A stretch of 32,000 bases of DNA from Sulfurisphaera ohwakuensis (GCF_009729055.1 NZ_CP045484.1:2149834-2181833), one strand, 5' to 3'. Shown: positions 9,309 through 19,575, counted from the first letter of the stretch. Translations and numbers: made by a program. Notes: a model not told the origin generated them from the sequence alone.

Positions 9309-9395
9309 AAGATGTTATGTCCCCTAGCATTTACTAGGGAAAAGTATATGAATTCTTTTAGATCATTTTCAAGGTGTAATTATTTTTATTCGTAA
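8070..9395 (+). CDS. tnpB: TnpB (OrfB) RuvC-like RNA-guided nuclease; the stop codon is lost and the ORF reads 31 codons into flanking DNA
   Basis: RuvC-like residues ([26 protein letters not shown]) and a zinc finger (CAKCG...CPKCG) are present. Compared with copy 2, G5 replaces G4 just before the TAG, which shifts the frame (...[13 protein letters not shown]...). Confidence 0.85.
   Translation: MPNVGFRFRAYADDQTIRALKAQLRLACEMYNTLRWADIYFYQRDGKGLTQTELRQLALDLRKQDKEYQQLYSQVVQQIADRYYDARDRFFKGLAHFPKEKKPHKYYSLVYPQSGWKILESREIRTKSRKNKKKLVLLRLSNLGVFKVIVHRDFPLDKVKRVVVKLTRSERVYISFMVEGVGFSQLPKTGKVVAIDVGVEKLLTTSDGFYFPNLRPYEKALEKIRKLHKVLSRKEFLSKNWFKAKVKLARGYEHLKNLRQDLYMKLGKWFAQHYDVVVMEDIDVKQLVEESERKLRMRLHDVAFHELKRILEYQLEKYGKKLLLINPAYTSKMCAKCGYVKKELTLTDRVFSCPKCGWVTDRDYNASLNILKRSGWEPSLVPVELYPLPVAKSYGQGGAMKQEAPPFRAGVAHKMLCPLAFTREKYMNSFRSFSRCNYFYS
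9156..9330 (+). ncRNA. Candidate omega/right-end RNA of IS copy 1 (scaffold inside the tnpB 3' end, guide from the flank); extent approximate
   Basis: Inferred by analogy with characterised TnpB systems. An 8-bp hairpin CCCGTAGC-GAAAA-GCTACGGG lies at 9234-9254, and a CCGCCC-TTCA-GGGCGG hairpin sits at the right end. There is no direct evidence of transcription. Confidence 0.3.
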
Positions 9396-10375
9396 CAGTT
9401 CATTATTACAAGATTTTTAACTAATTTAATATTGTATAATCCAATTCTTTATCAGAAATAAAAATAATTTTTCTTAAAATCTTCACGTTTTTCCTATCTT
9501 TATAGTTCTTAGGAAATTAAACTCTATTAAAGCTTATAAAATGCTGGCATATATTATAACGTCTAGATTATTATCTCTTGGGTAATTAAGTATAACATCT
9601 TAGCATAGCTTTTAAATATCCATATTCTGTTATTATTTCTATGTAATCTAATTAAAATTATAGTCATTATCTAAGTTTTACTGATAATCTTTATGTTGAT
9701 GGTATAGTTCTGCTATTACGGTCTTGGAAAAAAGTGTAGAGTTTCTCTTTCTAATGAGTAAATGAGAATTTAAGACCTATTGTAGAATAATTAAAAAGAG
9801 AAAGTTAAAAATAAAGTACTTGATTCCGATAAGTAGCGTTGTTTAGTAAATGTTACCGAAGAATAAGATAAGAGGCATCATGTGCTATGTCTTCAAAAAA
9901 GAACTTAGTTTATAACCATATGATCAATTTTATGTCGTATGTGCTCTATTGTATAGTTCAATTTATTTCATAAAAAGAATATACTATAATGAAAATTTTT
10001 AGTAATTAATATTTATTTTAGTATTATCTTAAGAAATATTACCAGCTAGAGTAATGTTGAATAGGTAAGTAATTTTTCTATTCTAGTTAATAAAAATTGA
10101 AACTAATTAAAAATACTAATAAGAAATTAGACGGGATAATAATATTATAAAGCTTTTTTAGCATAGAAGAAATTTTTATTTAAACTAGGTAGATACTATA
10201 TTTACTGGAAAATTTTTAAGGGAAAATCTTTAATAACTTTACTTAGGAACACAAGTTAACTTTCTCTTGCTTTTTTAAAAACTAATGTATAGATGCAATT
10301 ATTAACTTATAGATTATAAATTCTTTTTTACAAGAAATCAAACTAAAGTAAATCTTCTCGAATTTAACAAATACC

Positions 10376-11359
10376 TTATTGTATCATCTTCAATAATCGT
10401 GCTTTCTCCCTCTCGTAACTCTTTCTAATTAGAGGTTTTCTTAAAGAATAAGGAAGTAGAGAGGCTAATACTAAAGCTTTATGAGACCCTAAATATGACT
10501 TCTTAAAAACTCTAATATAGTCACTTAAAGAAGGAACACATTCTTTAGCTGTTTCTTTAGAAATGAACTTGTACCTCACTTTTGATAGTGATACTTCGTA
10601 GCTATGGATTTTCCTTAAATTTTGAGGTAACATAGAGTCAACAGTTAACATATCTAAACAGTATATATATGATCTTTCTGCAGAGCTCTTAATGTAGTTC
10701 TCCAGACTATCTAATGTTCTCATAGATGATGAAAATGAAAGCCTATAAAGTGTGGTTGCACTACTATCCCAAAGCATATCATATTTTGACACATAGAATA
10801 TCCTCTCATAAAACCAATCAATAGCCCTTTTCATTTGCATTAAAATGTCAGCTTTTTGTAGAAGTAATTCTCTTAAAATTGAGAAAGTAGAACTACTATG
10901 AAAACCATATTTTCTATAGTTAGCCATTTTAATATAGTCATCTTTATCTCTATTTTTAAGTAAAAGAGGGTCTATTTTTTCTACTTCCTTCTGTATAATT
11001 TTTTCCCCATAGAAAAATAGTACTCTATCCCTATAAACTCCTAGATTTTGGTAACTTTTGAACGCTTCATAAACATTTTCCAGTTTTTCTTTAGTGAACA
11101 TGTCATCGTCGTCTAAGAATGAAATTATTCTACCTTTAGCTACCTTTATGCCATCAAATACTTGCTTTCCTGAATCACTCTTATCACTATATACAAACCT
11201 TATCCCTTCTTCTTTAGCATATTCGCTAGCATCAAAATTAGCTACAAATATCACCTCATATTTATCGTTATCCAGTGTTTGGTTAAGTACACTTTTTACT
11301 GCATCTTTATAATACTGCTTTCTATTATATGCTGTAATTATTATCGAAATTTCAACCAT
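10376..11359 (-). CDS. Glycosyltransferase, GT2 (GT-A fold) family
   Basis: The N-terminal signature ISIIITAYNRKQYYKDAVKSVLNQT and an acidic DxD-type motif (FLDDDD) are present. Confidence 0.8.
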   Translation of the reverse strand: MVEISIIITAYNRKQYYKDAVKSVLNQTLDNDKYEVIFVANFDASEYAKEEGIRFVYSDKSDSGKQVFDGIKVAKGRIISFLDDDDMFTKEKLENVYEAFKSYQNLGVYRDRVLFFYGEKIIQKEVEKIDPLLLKNRDKDDYIKMANYRKYGFHSSSTFSILRELLLQKADILMQMKRAIDWFYERIFYVSKYDMLWDSSATTLYRLSFSSSMRTLDSLENYIKSSAERSYIYCLDMLTVDSMLPQNLRKIHSYEVSLSKVRYKFISKETAKECVPSLSDYIRVFKKSYLGSHKALVLASLLPYSLRKPLIRKSYEREKARLLKMIQ

Positions 11360-11571
11360 TAATGGAGTAGCTTAACTAAGGGAATTAAAAATTTGCCATC
11401 AAGCTTAAGGTATTTGTCCTACAATGATATATGATCCGTATGAAAAGAAGAATGGGCTAATTAGGATGTTTTTTATCTAGTTAAGTTTAGAAAAGTACTC
11501 ATTTTTAATCTAAAATTTCTAATTAAGTTTAAATATATTTTAAAAATTAAATTATATAATAAAAAACGATA

Positions 11572-13455
11572 TTATCTTCTTAAGACAACTATTGCCACTA
11601 CTGCTGCAATCACTATGACTACTACAATTATTGCTATATCAGTTAATGGAATTGAAGAGGTAGTTGACGATGTTGGTGGCGGTGGTACTGTTGTTGTGGT
11701 GCTGCTTGTTGTTGAACTACTAGTTACTGGCGTAACTGTAGTATGAGTTGTACTTGTTGTAGTTGTTGTGGTACTGCTTGTTGTTGTAGTTGACGTCGTG
11801 ATAATACTTGGCTTATACACATATACTGTTACTGTAAAATTCTTCCAAACACCATCATAAGACGTATTTATTGTAATTTCGTAAGTACCAGGTGATGAGA
11901 ATGTGTGTGTTACCTCATAAACACCATTACCCTCATATGTAACTGGTATTGAAGTACCATTTAACATAGCTATTACTGAGGGTGTGACATTACTGTTTAT
12001 AGACACTGAGAAAGTAAGTGTTAATTCATTACCTACAGTGGTGTTTATCTTATAACTGCCTACACTAACTTGTTCCGGTGTTATCTTACTCCCATTTATA
12101 GTAAAGGTCGTTGGTGTAACTGTAATCTGTATAGGAGTTAAATATATTTTCACTGTGGACGAAGATGATACTGTAACAACAGTTGAATTGGGATAATAAC
12201 CAAAAGCCGATACGTTAACCTTAACTTCTTCACCTACGGGTAGAGTGAAACTCGCAGTCCCAGAGGAAGAGGTCAAAGATGAGGATATAAGTGAGCTGTT
12301 AGATGAATAGTAAACGCTTACTTTAGCATTAGGAATCGGCATACCAGTAGTTGATGAAATAACTTCAACATTAAGAGTTCCCATAGTTACTTTTGGTGGT
12401 ATAGTTAAAGTTACACTTCCAGTAGGTGATGAGATCTCTATACTACCAGTACCGAATGCTTTAGCTTCTATGATAATACCGTTTGGACTAATTTCCATTG
12501 GGATAGTAGATCCGTAGAATAAAATGTTAGGTTTTGTATAGAGGGGTGGATATACATTATTAGATACTGTATAATTCTTTACAGTGTACGTACCACTCGG
12601 TAGAGACAGTGTAAATATATCCTCGTAAGAGAAGGGATAATGAATGTATAATAATGTAGAACCACTAACATTCTCCATTTCAAGCATTACGCCATTTTCG
12701 GTAACTGTTACTGGAGAAGAAAGAGAAGTTGGTAAACCATAACTTACGTTAATAATTACTAGGCCTAGCGAGTAATCTACTACTTGTCCAGTAGTTGCGT
12801 TTGAGAATGACGTATAAACATAGGCATAATAAACTCCTTGAGCTATTCCTTCTGGTATTTGTAATAAGAAAGTATTAGAAGGTGTCAAATAAGGTGTTAC
12901 ACCCTCCTGATCATTTGGCGAAATATAAAATCCTATGTCAGAATAAACCTCACTTTCCTCAGTAGCATTAGAAGGTGTTGAGGAATAACTTATTTGGAAA
13001 CTATAAGTCTTCCCTGGTTGTGCATTTAGCTTATACACATTAGCAGTACCATTAATATAAGTTATTATAGGTTGATAAGAAGAGTGAACAACTTCTACAT
13101 ATAATGTTTGTCCTTCCACAGATATATTATAAAGACCAGTAGATAAGGATATTGGGACTGTTGTATACGAAAATGGTTGTAATGTAACAGTAGTATAAGC
13201 ACTTGAATTAACGTACACCGGTACACTTTCTTCAACAAATGTAGGGTTAAATAAATATAGGTTAAAGGTAGTAGACGAGCCAGTAGTAGTCACTACTATA
13301 TAACCTTGAGGATAATAACCAGAATTATAAGGAGTTGGTGCTACATTTACAATTGCGCTTGTAGTTAGTGAAAAAACTTTTAGGTTAATAAATCCTAGTA
13401 TTGATAGAAATAAAATTAATACCAGAAATATTTCGAGACTTCTTTTAGTACTCAT
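11572..13455 (-). CDS. Secreted, C-terminally membrane-anchored surface protein with beta-sandwich repeats and a Thr/Ser-rich stalk
   Basis: It has an N-terminal hydrophobic signal (IFLVLILFLSILGFINL), many N-x-S/T sequons, and a CarboxypepD_reg-like segment (LNVEVISSTTGMPIPNAKVSVYY...). A stalk of about 60 aa rich in T/S/P is followed by a C-terminal TM helix plus LRR. It is transcribed divergently from slaA. Confidence 0.7.
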   Translation of the reverse strand: MSTKRSLEIFLVLILFLSILGFINLKVFSLTTSAIVNVAPTPYNSGYYPQGYIVVTTTGSSTTFNLYLFNPTFVEESVPVYVNSSAYTTVTLQPFSYTTVPISLSTGLYNISVEGQTLYVEVVHSSYQPIITYINGTANVYKLNAQPGKTYSFQISYSSTPSNATEESEVYSDIGFYISPNDQEGVTPYLTPSNTFLLQIPEGIAQGVYYAYVYTSFSNATTGQVVDYSLGLVIINVSYGLPTSLSSPVTVTENGVMLEMENVSGSTLLYIHYPFSYEDIFTLSLPSGTYTVKNYTVSNNVYPPLYTKPNILFYGSTIPMEISPNGIIIEAKAFGTGSIEISSPTGSVTLTIPPKVTMGTLNVEVISSTTGMPIPNAKVSVYYSSNSSLISSSLTSSSGTASFTLPVGEEVKVNVSAFGYYPNSTVVTVSSSSTVKIYLTPIQITVTPTTFTINGSKITPEQVSVGSYKINTTVGNELTLTFSVSINSNVTPSVIAMLNGTSIPVTYEGNGVYEVTHTFSSPGTYEITINTSYDGVWKNFTVTVYVYKPSIITTSTTTTSSTTTTTTSTTHTTVTPVTSSSTTSSTTTTVPPPPTSSTTSSIPLTDIAIIVVVIVIAAVVAIVVLRR

Positions 13456-13526
13456 GTTATTTTCCTTACATGCAAAAAGGTTATTAAATCCTTTGGCAAT
13501 AGTACCATATTGATGGTATTATCGAT

Positions 13527-13557
13527 TTGTATACTTATGTATACAAAACTTTATAAA
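13527..13557 (+). promoter_or_regulatory. Putative slaA promoter: perfect 8-4-8 palindrome abutting a TATA box
   Basis: TTGTATAC-TTAT-GTATACAA lies at 13527-13546. It is followed by AAAAC-TTTATAAA (TATA at 13550-13557), 32 nt before the slaA ATG at 13589. Confidence 0.4.
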
Positions 13558-13588
13558 TGGATCATACTTCTTTATTGACAGAAGTGCT

Positions 13589-16500
13589 ATGAATAAAACC
13601 CTAGGTTTAATTCTATCTATACTATTCATATTTGAAATATTCCTATTTGGAATACCATTAACAACACAAGCAGCACTACCATCAATACCAGAAGGACATG
13701 GGATAGCTATTTATTTGCCACAATATGATGGTGTAGCATATATATTTAACGTATCTAATATTAATGTATCAGCAAATAGTAACCTACAAAACCTAATAAC
13801 CTACTTTGGAACTTACTTCTCACCAGTTATTGTTTTTAAGAATTCTACTGTCACACAGACAATACAATTTACCATTCCTTCAACATATTTCACAGATATT
13901 TATTATGCAGAAGGAGCTAAGGTATTAATATTCTTAGTAGGTGTGGTAGGTAGTTATATGAATCAAGAACCGCAAGTACCGATTACTTACTTAGAGCAGT
14001 TTACTGGCAATCTAGGAGTAGTAGTTAATGAGTATGGCACAGCTCAAACCACCTTAACCCAAGTAGGCTTATATAATAGTTTGTACGTTTATGGAACTAC
14101 TAGTACTTTAAAGCAAGAATATCCAGTTATAGCTAATGACTTATTAACTCCTTCAACCACAAGTCCAAACTTCTTCTATGAATATGTATATGGTCAAGTT
14201 ACTCAATCCTTTACTGTAGCTACTCTGACTATACCAGCCCAAACAACTAATCAGCTCTTAGTGTTTGCACCATTCTCATTTGTTCCACCAAACTTTATAC
14301 CAACACCAGAAGCTACTGGATTCTTTAATCCACTACAAATAAATGGTAATTTAGGTCCAGGATTACAATCTTTAGCTAGTACAAAAGCATATATTTGGGG
14401 TAGAGCACTAATTAACACAAGCATTGTAGACCCATTTATATCAGCAAGTCCAGGTTATGATAACTTAACATTCCAGTTAAACTATTCTACTCCCGGACCA
14501 TTACAAATTAACTTAGCACAATTAGCCCAAATAGCGGCATTACCAGACTTCCCATCTAAGTTCACTTATTTATCTTATCAATTTGCAAGTGGATATTGGA
14601 GCTTCTTAGGATTTATATCTGATGATAACCTAAGTATAACAATTAATGGTGTAGCAGTAAAAGCTCCAGTAAGTGGTACATTTACTATACCAGACCCAGA
14701 ACAATATAATGCAACATTACTTGCAATATTGCCTTTAAGTACAGCTACATCTATGGGATTAACTAATGGAAGCAAATTAGAGTATTTCAGCAACCTAACA
14801 ATTTACTACTTATATAATAATCAAATTCACCATACTATGCTGGTTAATCCAAATGCACCACCAACCTCCTATACACTTCCAGTTTATGTATATTCGGCAC
14901 CAGCCGGTTCCACAATCTCTATAACTGGTTACTTTAACGGTACTAAATATACAGTAAATATAGTAGTTGGTAGTTCACCAACGCTAATACCATATGTGGC
15001 AACAACATCTTTGGTTGCTACAGCTTATGAGGGCATAAAAGCAACCGTAAGTGGTTTCTATACAACATCTCCAATTATGTCAACACCACCAACACAAATA
15101 GCAATATCTGGTCAAACTCAGTTCCAAGCTCAAGCACAATTTACATCATCTCAAGCCACAGCAACAGTTACCTTATTAACTAATGCAACATTACAATTTA
15201 ATAATGTAAAATTACCAGGTTTCTCATTTAACGGAATAGTTGTAACACCAGAATATCCAATAATTAATGGTACAATAGCAATGCAGTATATGAGTACTGC
15301 TCAGTACTTTATGTCAAACGGTGAATATGAGTTAGCAATTTTAGGTTCTGAATTACCAATGGCTATTTCTCAGTTTATGGGATTACAAAACTTCGTAATC
15401 TCTGAGCCACAATACTTATCGAAACCATTCTCATTAACATTAACAGTGCCAACAGTTCCAGCTACAGAAACTGGAACGGGCCCATTATTTGTTGCGTTTT
15501 CAACAATTCCACAATATACTTACATAACTCTAGTTGATTTTGGATTATGGAGCAATGAAACTTCAGTTGTGGTTACAGCATATAGTACTACTGGAGGAGT
15601 AACTACAGCTAATCACGGTTACTTCTATGCTACTGTGATTCCACCACAAATAATGACAACACCAATTACTCCACAGAGCTTTGAATGCTATAATGCACCG
15701 GATGTAATGTTATATGATCCAGATGCAATATTAGTACCAGGAAATCCATCTGGAAGCTTTACTTATGCTATCGCATCTTTGAATTACAGTGCCACAACTG
15801 TACCTAATTCAGCAATAATCTTCTATGGTTCAACAGTCTATAATATTTCTGGTACATTTGGTAAATATCCATATAATAAACTAACTGTAATTTCATCCAA
15901 TGTATTTACATATACTGAAGAAACTATAGTATCATCCTTAACAGCTTATCAATTAACATTAAATGGTAACACGATATCTGTAATAGGACCTAATGGTGAG
16001 ACCAGTGCTATACAATTAGCATATTATGCTGATAATAACCCAACTGTTAATATGTACTTTGAGCAATCATTATTTGTCAATAATAACATGGATATTGAGT
16101 TAGCATATATAGCTGGATTAAACGTAAGCTATGGAAACGTGCTATTATCACCACAAAATCAAGTAGGTTATGAAGAAATCACACCTACTGGTGCTAACTA
16201 CGTAATTACAAACTATATAACATTTAAGATATTAGCAAGTAATGCGCCAAACTTATATCCTGTAAACTCTAATACATTCTTAACTGTAGCACCTAATGCT
16301 TCGTTTGTAGGCGCATCTGATATATACAAGTATATAAGCACTGACTATGCAGTATTCCATTACTTTGCATCTTCAAAGCAGTACAAAGTTGAAACTTCTG
16401 TAACAGTACCTAATATAACTGCAACATTATACTTCAGCAGTCCAGTAACACCATTGTACTCATCTATAGCTTTATTATACTTAAATGAGAGCTACTATGG

Positions 16501-17914
16501 CGCAAACTTACCAGCTTACTTAGCAATTGGAACTGGTGGATGGCAACAGTGGAATGCACCATTATATCAGTTATTAGGAATATCAGCAACACCGCTATTA
16601 TTATCAAAGATGATGTATGTAAATGTAACTTTACCATCTGGTGTTACATACACAATAGCCTTGACAACTAAGAACTTAACAACATTGTTCGTATCCTTAA
16701 ATGCACAACAATTACAATACTGTAACGGAACATATGAGTACCAGATAAGTATTCCAGGGTTAGAGAGCATATTACACTTAACATTACAACAATTAAATAA
16801 CAGCATATTAACAGTTAGCATGTACGATTATGTAACTCATGAAACATTAGTAGCTACTACTAAGCTAGTTGCATTAAAAGAATTACAATTAGTAGCAGCC
16901 CAACCTGGACAATTATTCTACTTCCTAACATTCAAAGCTTCTGGCGTATCATTGACAGCATCTACTCCATGGTTTATAGCTCAGAAGATGTATATAGAAC
17001 CATTACTAAACTTCACTGACTATCAGTTTGCTCATACAAACCCAACCAGCTTATTACATCTAATGGTAACAAACATAACAGTATATCATAACGGACAAGT
17101 AGCTATGATATATTACAATGCAACGTCTGGAAGAACTATAGCAAAGAACGTATATGGACAAGTTGTCTTGAATGCCTCTGGTAACCTAATACCACAGATA
17201 GCGGAGACTGCAGCTGGTTCTGGAATATTCACTGGAACTCTGTCATTTGCTGTATTGCCAAATAATACTTTAACCACTTTAACATTCAATAAGATTAGTG
17301 TATTTACAAATGGTACCTTAGCAATAACACTTAGCAATGGTACTAATGTACCATTAGGACCAGCTGGATTATTCGTATTACCATTCGTAACAATTAACGG
17401 TACTACGATAGGTTATGATGCTAATGTAAGTGTAACAGTAACTGATAGTGTAAGTACTGTAACAGTATCCACATACATTATGCCAGCTAATATAACTCCA
17501 ATTAGATTAGCACCAGTTCCAACTATTCCACCAATATCTCATGCACCATTATCAACATACTACTACACATCTCCAGTAGTAATTACACCAACAAGCCCAG
17601 TAATTAACATCTATGCAACTAGCGTATTACCATATCCATATGAGTTCTTCATCTTAGCAGTAGTAAGACAAGGTGTAAATGCCTCTGTAACATCTCCAGT
17701 AGTATACTACTCATATCAAGCAGTGGTTGCTAAACCAGCATTAGGAACATCAGCAGTACCATATATACTAGTAGCTGTACAGATGCAGGGAATATTATCA
17801 TTACCACCAGGATCTTACACAGTTACAATGTATGCAGTACCGTTTGCAGTAGGTCCAGCAATATCAGAATATCCAGTTAACTTAGTATTTACTAACGTAA
17901 CTGTGGAGAAGTAA
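13589..17914 (+). CDS. slaA: S-layer outer lattice protein SlaA
   Basis: A 1441-aa protein with an N-terminal signal, very few charged residues or Cys, and more than 30 N-x-S/T sequons by eye. It is immediately followed by a SlaB-type gene. Segments such as WGRALINTSIVD and FQLNYSTPGPLQINLAQLA resemble what I remember of Sulfolobus SlaA. Confidence 0.85.
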   Translation: MNKTLGLILSILFIFEIFLFGIPLTTQAALPSIPEGHGIAIYLPQYDGVAYIFNVSNINVSANSNLQNLITYFGTYFSPVIVFKNSTVTQTIQFTIPSTYFTDIYYAEGAKVLIFLVGVVGSYMNQEPQVPITYLEQFTGNLGVVVNEYGTAQTTLTQVGLYNSLYVYGTTSTLKQEYPVIANDLLTPSTTSPNFFYEYVYGQVTQSFTVATLTIPAQTTNQLLVFAPFSFVPPNFIPTPEATGFFNPLQINGNLGPGLQSLASTKAYIWGRALINTSIVDPFISASPGYDNLTFQLNYSTPGPLQINLAQLAQIAALPDFPSKFTYLSYQFASGYWSFLGFISDDNLSITINGVAVKAPVSGTFTIPDPEQYNATLLAILPLSTATSMGLTNGSKLEYFSNLTIYYLYNNQIHHTMLVNPNAPPTSYTLPVYVYSAPAGSTISITGYFNGTKYTVNIVVGSSPTLIPYVATTSLVATAYEGIKATVSGFYTTSPIMSTPPTQIAISGQTQFQAQAQFTSSQATATVTLLTNATLQFNNVKLPGFSFNGIVVTPEYPIINGTIAMQYMSTAQYFMSNGEYELAILGSELPMAISQFMGLQNFVISEPQYLSKPFSLTLTVPTVPATETGTGPLFVAFSTIPQYTYITLVDFGLWSNETSVVVTAYSTTGGVTTANHGYFYATVIPPQIMTTPITPQSFECYNAPDVMLYDPDAILVPGNPSGSFTYAIASLNYSATTVPNSAIIFYGSTVYNISGTFGKYPYNKLTVISSNVFTYTEETIVSSLTAYQLTLNGNTISVIGPNGETSAIQLAYYADNNPTVNMYFEQSLFVNNNMDIELAYIAGLNVSYGNVLLSPQNQVGYEEITPTGANYVITNYITFKILASNAPNLYPVNSNTFLTVAPNASFVGASDIYKYISTDYAVFHYFASSKQYKVETSVTVPNITATLYFSSPVTPLYSSIALLYLNESYYGANLPAYLAIGTGGWQQWNAPLYQLLGISATPLLLSKMMYVNVTLPSGVTYTIALTTKNLTTLFVSLNAQQLQYCNGTYEYQISIPGLESILHLTLQQLNNSILTVSMYDYVTHETLVATTKLVALKELQLVAAQPGQLFYFLTFKASGVSLTASTPWFIAQKMYIEPLLNFTDYQFAHTNPTSLLHLMVTNITVYHNGQVAMIYYNATSGRTIAKNVYGQVVLNASGNLIPQIAETAAGSGIFTGTLSFAVLPNNTLTTLTFNKISVFTNGTLAITLSNGTNVPLGPAGLFVLPFVTINGTTIGYDANVSVTVTDSVSTVTVSTYIMPANITPIRLAPVPTIPPISHAPLSTYYYTSPVVITPTSPVINIYATSVLPYPYEFFILAVVRQGVNASVTSPVVYYSYQAVVAKPALGTSAVPYILVAVQMQGILSLPPGSYTVTMYAVPFAVGPAISEYPVNLVFTNVTVEK

Positions 17915-17978
17915 AACTTATGAAAAGGTTTAAAGGTATTTTATCTTTTTTATTTTTAAACTGTTGGGGTGAAGATTT

Positions 17979-19361
17979 ATGAACATGCGTTTTGTTATAG
18001 GTTTAATTTTGTCAATAATAGTATTAGGTTTTAGTGTACCTTTAGCTACAGCGAGCACTAGCTTAGTAGTGATATCACCAACTCAAGGGGAAGTTTTTCA
18101 TTTTGGCCAACCATTAGTAGTGACGTTTAAGTATGCCCCTGGTGCTACGGTAGCAATATATGTTTTAACTCCCTCTGGTGCTAATATACCAGTAGCTTCT
18201 GGTGCTACTAACTCTAGCGGATATTTCAGTCAAGAAATATGGGTATGGGGAAGTTCTAGTGAGAATAGTCAAGTAGGAGCTTATACAATCGAGATTGAAG
18301 TAAATGGTGGCCAAGCTGCTACATCAGTAACTGTTTATTATAAGCCATATACTGCTACAATTAAGGCTTTAGTAGAAAATGAACAAGGTATTCCATTACA
18401 AGGAGCTACGGTAAGTGTATATAATGTTACAAGTGGTTTGCATGAGTTAATAGCTACAGCTACAACAGGTTCTAATGGTATTGCAACAATTCAAGTTATA
18501 GCATTCAATTTCACTGAAAACTTAGAAGTAGTAGCAAGCTATCCGGGCTATGTTAATGCTAGTCAAACTATAAGTGTTGTTGGTAACCAAACAATATCAC
18601 TAACATTTAAGTTATATCCAGCTATTGTTACAGTACTTGCTGTTGGAGAGTTACAAAACGGTATAGCAACTGCTGCATTAAATCCATTTGGATATACTTC
18701 ATTAACTGGTACTGAGGGAGATGAAATAACTGTATTGTTTGCAGTAGAATTTGCTGGAATGAAAGTAACAAATGCAACTGTAACAGCATCTGTTGCAACT
18801 CCATCTGGAGTAACTACTATGACAGCTACACCAATAACTTCTGGTCCTTATGCTGGTTACTATAATGTAACGTTTATGTTACCAGCATTGAATACAACTT
18901 ATTTAGCCTTTATCGATGTAAATGCAACCTATAATGGTATTTCTGGAACACTTAATGTACCAATACAAGCTGAAGTAAACTATACAACTATATTTACTAA
19001 CTACGTAAAAATATTAACTCAGGAAATTCAAAGTGTAAATCAAACTGTCTATACATTAATGGGTGAAATTAAGTCTTTAAACGCATCAATATCACAACTA
19101 TCAGCTACATTATCGTCAACGACTACTGAGATTACTACACTAGAAAATGATATAAAAACACTAGAATCTTCTGTAAGCTCATTGAATGGTACAGTAAGTA
19201 GCTTATCTTCCACAGTATCAAACTTATCCAGCCAAGTAAACAAATTGAACAGCGAAGTATCAAGTATTACACCATTAGTATATGGAGGATTAATAGCTGG
19301 AATAATAGGTCTAATTGTTGCTATTGTTGCTATTGTCCTAGTATATAGAAAGATAAGTTAA
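17979..19361 (+). CDS. slaB: S-layer membrane-anchoring stalk protein SlaB
   Basis: It has a signal peptide, beta-sandwich/CarboxypepD_reg-like domains and a Ser/Thr-rich coiled coil (SLNASISQLSATLSS...VSNLSSQVNKLNSEVSS). A C-terminal TM helix (LVYGGLIAGIIGLIVAIVAIVLVY) follows. A GGTGA Shine-Dalgarno-like sequence lies 7 nt upstream of the ATG. Confidence 0.85.
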   Translation: MNMRFVIGLILSIIVLGFSVPLATASTSLVVISPTQGEVFHFGQPLVVTFKYAPGATVAIYVLTPSGANIPVASGATNSSGYFSQEIWVWGSSSENSQVGAYTIEIEVNGGQAATSVTVYYKPYTATIKALVENEQGIPLQGATVSVYNVTSGLHELIATATTGSNGIATIQVIAFNFTENLEVVASYPGYVNASQTISVVGNQTISLTFKLYPAIVTVLAVGELQNGIATAALNPFGYTSLTGTEGDEITVLFAVEFAGMKVTNATVTASVATPSGVTTMTATPITSGPYAGYYNVTFMLPALNTTYLAFIDVNATYNGISGTLNVPIQAEVNYTTIFTNYVKILTQEIQSVNQTVYTLMGEIKSLNASISQLSATLSSTTTEITTLENDIKTLESSVSSLNGTVSSLSSTVSNLSSQVNKLNSEVSSITPLVYGGLIAGIIGLIVAIVAIVLVYRKIS

Positions 19362-19365
19362 ACAT

Positions 19366-19377
19366 TTCTTTTTTTTT
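19366..19377 (+). terminator. T-tract archaeal terminator after slaB
   Basis: The sequence tttcTTTTTTTT starts 5 nt after the slaB stop codon. Confidence 0.4.
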
Positions 19378-19575
19378 AATATTATTTAAATAAAATTTGT
19401 TTCTTTTTTATATCTTGAACATAATATTTCTTTTTTATTAAGCTAAGATTAACTTGTGGTATCATTAAATGTTCAAATAAACTATTTAGTTAAATAATAT
19501 ATAGGGTACAATTAGATAGATTGCTATCTAAATGATAACGTTATGATAAATTCATGATTTTCCTAAACAACATTA

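Noticed and set aside
9396-10375. Replication origin (oriC) in the AT-rich desert
   Set aside because: I see only a weak partial resemblance to a mini-ORB-like element (ACTGGAAA near 10204). There are no inverted ORB pairs and no adjacent cdc6/orc1 or whiP gene.
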